A DNA stretch of 64,000 bases from Candidatus Rokuibacteriota bacterium (GTDB lineage: Bacteria > Methylomirabilota > Methylomirabilia > Rokubacteriales > CSP1-6): positions 9,969 through 73,968 of the forward strand of contig JBIOXS010000097.1 in NCBI GenBank assembly GCA_044869815.1. The letters are read 5' to 3'. The notes below the pieces were generated by a model that had not been told where the DNA came from, did no database searches, and saw nothing but the letters and a program-made list of their open reading frames with translations. The position numbers and the translations under genes are program-made. Positions 61,618-64,000 of this stretch are shown here, one piece after another (within the stretch, counting starts at the first letter, position 1; each line of letters starts with the position of its first letter).

Positions 61618-61734
61618 TCGCTCGACTCCGACGTCGCGCGCTTCCCCACGCGGGGGCAGCGCGCGGCACCGCCGCCGCAGCAAAACTTACACGTCGCGGC
61701 TCGACGGTCTGGTGTTTGCACGGGACTACCGTCG

Positions 61735-62010
61735 ATGGCCGAGCTGATTCACGAGTTCACTGTCCAGGTGAAGGACCGTCAGGTCGGCAGCTACGTCGCC
61801 CAGGCCTGGGGCCGCCGGATGGAGGACGGACGCTGGGAGGGCTGGCTCGTGTTTCTGCCGCTCGCGCGCGGCTTCGCGCGGCGGACCGGGCGGGAAACGA
61901 CGCAGGCCAATCTCGAGGCGCTCGCCTACTGGGTCACCGGCCTGGAGCCCGTCTACCTCGAGGGCGCCCTCGAGCGCTCGTATCCGCTTCGTCTCGACTC
62001 CGCCGCCTGA
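61735..62010 (+). CDS. Hypothetical protein (91 aa), no recognised family
   Basis: ORF 61735..62010. Balanced, non-repetitive composition and high GC3. It lies immediately upstream of lhr. Confidence 0.45.
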   Translation: MAELIHEFTVQVKDRQVGSYVAQAWGRRMEDGRWEGWLVFLPLARGFARRTGRETTQANLEALAYWVTGLEPVYLEGALERSYPLRLDSAA

Positions 62011-62011
62011 C

Positions 62012-62040
62012 CTGACGCCCGAGCGGGCCGGCGGTACAAT
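62012..62040 (+). promoter_or_regulatory. Candidate promoter giving a leaderless lhr transcript
   Basis: CTGACG (62012-62017), a 17-nt spacer, then TACAAT (62035-62040). Only 6 nt separate the -10 box from ATG 62047, and there is no Shine-Dalgarno. Confidence 0.35.
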
Positions 62041-62046
62041 CGTTCG

Positions 62047-64000
62047 ATGCCGCAGTTCCTGCCGTTCGTTCAGCGCTGGTTCGACGAGACATTCCGCGAG
62101 CCCACTCCGCCCCAGCGCGACGGCTGGCAGGCGATCGCGTCGGCCCGCGACACGCTGATCGTCGCCCCCACCGGCTCGGGAAAGACGCTGGCCTCGTTCC
62201 TGTGGGCGCTCGACCACCTGCATCGTCTTGCGGTAGATGGGCGTCTCGAGGACAAGGTCTATGTCGTCTACGTCTCGCCGCTGCGCGCCCTGAACAACGA
62301 CATCGAGAAGAACCTGCGCGAGCCGCTGGCCGGCATCCGCCGCGCCGCGGAGGCGGCGGGCCTCGACCTTCCGGAGGTGCGCGTGGCCGTCCGCACCGGC
62401 GACACGCTGGCCGCGCAGCGGCAGGCCATGACCCGCCGGCCGCCGCACGTCCTGATCACGACGCCTGAGTCGCTCTACATCTTACTGACGTCGGCCGGCT
62501 TTCGTCCGGCGCTGGCGCAGGCGCGCTTCGTCATCGTCGACGAGGTCCACGCGCTCCTCGGCGGCAAGCGCGGCGCGCACCTGGCGCTCTCGCTCGAGCG
62601 GCTGCAGGCGCTCGTGCAGGAGGCGGGTGGCCCGCGGCCGCAGCGCATCGGCGCCTCCGCCACCGTGCGCCCGGTCGAGGACGCCCTGGCGTTTCTCACG
62701 GGCGCCACCGCCGTCGATCCGGTCGCGGTCGACGCCGGATTCTCGCGCGATCTCGACGTGCGCGTCACCTCGCCCGTCGACGATTTCCTCACCACCCAGA
62801 GCGACATGGTCTGGGACGCCACCCTGCAGCAGGTGGCCGAGCTCGTGCAGTCGCATCGCACGACGCTCGTCTTCGCGCAGAGCCGTCGCTCCGCCGAGCG
62901 CCTCGCGCGCGATCTCAACGACCGCATCGTGGACGGCCGCGTCGCCGCGCACCACGGGTCGCTCTCGCGCCGGGCGCGGCTCGACGCCGAGAATCGCCTC
63001 AAGGCCGGCGACCTCAAGGCGCTCGTGGCCACCTCTTCGCTCGAGCTCGGCATCGACGTCGGCGCCATCGACCTCGTCGTGCAGCTCCAGTCGCCGCGCA
63101 ACGTGGCGGCCGCGCTGCAGCGCGTCGGCCGGGCCGGCCACGCGCTGTCGCGCGTATCCAAGGGACGGATCGTGGTGACCAAGGGCGAGGAGCTGGTGGA
63201 GGCGGCGGCCGTCGTGCGGTCGATCCGGGAGCGCACGCTCGACCGCATGCACATGCCGAACGCGCCGCTCGACGTGCTGGCCCAGCAGATCGTGGCCGCC
63301 GTCGCCGCCGAGTCGCTGGACGTCGACCTCCTCTACCGCCGTTTCAGCGCGGCCGCCCCCTATCGCAAACTCACGCGCGAGACGTTCCTCGAAGTCGTCC
63401 GCTCGGTGGCCGAGCCGCTGCCTCACGAGGTGAAGGGCGCCGCTCCGCGCATCCTGTGGGACCGGGTGAACGACCGCCTGCACGCGCGGCGCGGCACGCG
63501 GTTCCTCGCGCTGACCTCCGGCGGGACCATCCAGGACGCCGGCCTCTACGACGTCTACGTCGCCGACACCGACTTGAAGGTCGGCACCCTCGACGAGGAG
63601 TTCGTCACCGAGTCGCTGCCGGGCGACGTGTTTCTGCTCGGCTCCAACGCGTGGAAGATCGTGCGCGTGCGCGCCGACCGCGTGCTGGTCGAGGACGCGC
63701 ACGGCATGTCGCCCACGATCCCCTTCTGGAAGGGCGAGCACCCGTCGCGGTCCTACGATCTCGGCGTGGCCGTCGGTCGCCTGCGGCGCGAAGCGGCGGA
63801 GCGCATCGACGACCCGGACTTCGTGGCCTGGGCCGAGCGCGAGTGCGGGCTCGAGGAGCGCGCGGCCCTCGCCATGCGGGCCTGGCTCGCCAAGGCCGGC
63901 GAGGTCCTCGACGGCGTGCCCGACGATCGTGGCCTCGTGGTGGAGTCCTTCGCCGACGAGATGGGAGGCCGCCACGCGATGATCCACTCGGTCTTCGGCA
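62047..64000 (+). CDS. lhr: Lhr-type large ATP-dependent DEAD/DEAH helicase, N-terminal ~650 aa (runs off the window)
   Basis: Not in the ORF track because no stop lies inside the window. MPQFLPFVQRWFDETFREPTPPQRDGWQAI..., motif I APTGSGKTL, motif II VIVDEVHAL, SAT GASATV, motif VI QRVGRAGH, followed by the Lhr WH/beta-barrel region. Confidence 0.9.
   Translation, partial: MPQFLPFVQRWFDETFREPTPPQRDGWQAIASARDTLIVAPTGSGKTLASFLWALDHLHRLAVDGRLEDKVYVVYVSPLRALNNDIEKNLREPLAGIRRAAEAAGLDLPEVRVAVRTGDTLAAQRQAMTRRPPHVLITTPESLYILLTSAGFRPALAQARFVIVDEVHALLGGKRGAHLALSLERLQALVQEAGGPRPQRIGASATVRPVEDALAFLTGATAVDPVAVDAGFSRDLDVRVTSPVDDFLTTQSDMVWDATLQQVAELVQSHRTTLVFAQSRRSAERLARDLNDRIVDGRVAAHHGSLSRRARLDAENRLKAGDLKALVATSSLELGIDVGAIDLVVQLQSPRNVAAALQRVGRAGHALSRVSKGRIVVTKGEELVEAAAVVRSIRERTLDRMHMPNAPLDVLAQQIVAAVAAESLDVDLLYRRFSAAAPYRKLTRETFLEVVRSVAEPLPHEVKGAAPRILWDRVNDRLHARRGTRFLALTSGGTIQDAGLYDVYVADTDLKVGTLDEEFVTESLPGDVFLLGSNAWKIVRVRADRVLVEDAHGMSPTIPFWKGEHPSRSYDLGVAVGRLRREAAERIDDPDFVAWAERECGLEERAALAMRAWLAKAGEVLDGVPDDRGLVVESFADEMGGRHAMIHSVFG

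Noticed and set aside
61690-61715. Sigma54-like CTGGTGTTTGCA upstream of the 91-aa gene
   Set aside because: The GG-to-GC spacing is about 7 nt instead of the required 10, so it does not fit the -24/-12 geometry.
1-64000. Mobile elements, prophage or defence islands
   Set aside because: I found no integrase, transposase, phage structural, restriction-modification, toxin-antitoxin or cas-like products in any frame. The Lhr helicase is a housekeeping-type repair helicase, and only its N-terminal part is visible.

Overview
Very GC-rich (about 70% by eye, not computed), densely coding bacterial chromosomal window. I cannot assign a lineage from the sequence alone. No rRNA, tRNA, CRISPR array, transposase or integrase was seen. 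Many neighbouring genes share 4-nt start/stop overlaps (ATGA/GTGA/TTGA). Most long ORFs in the track are GC-driven shadow frames opposite or out of frame with real genes. Gene starts were re-derived by counting residues from the track coordinates.

Order of content:
1. Minus-strand B12 salvage operon (cobU-cobT-cobQ-btuF-like-FecCD permease) behind a clear cobalamin riboswitch.
2. hslR-DUF169 pair.
3. Acyl-CoA carboxyltransferase coupled to a secreted DUF3047 protein.
4. A 68-bp tandem repeat that builds a chained ATGA upstream ORF in front of a ferritin-like diiron gene.
5. Peptide ABC importer (binding protein plus two permeases, no ATPase) with ggt, then cobS-cobC.
6. GTP-dependent PEP carboxykinase, a methyltransferase, a second carboxyltransferase, a DinB-family protein and an HdrB-like CCG protein.
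7. An ECF sigma factor fused to a transmembrane helix and an extracytoplasmic domain, then aroQ and a ZIP transporter.
8. A complete 11-gene type II secretion cluster (gspEFGHIJKLMCD).
9. Enoyl-CoA hydratase, BtpA-family protein, NagZ.
10. HAMP adenylate cyclase coupled to two LysM lipoproteins.
11. Ribokinase and nucleoside hydrolase.
12. A SelW/Rdx-like selenoprotein gene with an in-frame TGA that the ORF track cannot show.
13. An aryl-CoA style catabolic cluster and a Liv-type ABC importer.
14. mtgA, DUF296 protein, TPP enzyme.
15. A frameshifted fused FAD-monooxygenase/OYE gene, a DUF1059 mini-protein and a partial Lhr helicase.

Most interesting signals:
- the hidden selenoprotein;
- the 68-bp repeat and its in-frame relative at the 5' end of gspK;
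- the membrane-tethered ECF sigma;
- two copies of a double-hairpin REP-like element that bracket the sigma-to-T2SS block.

I did not find a convincing wholly novel multi-gene system.
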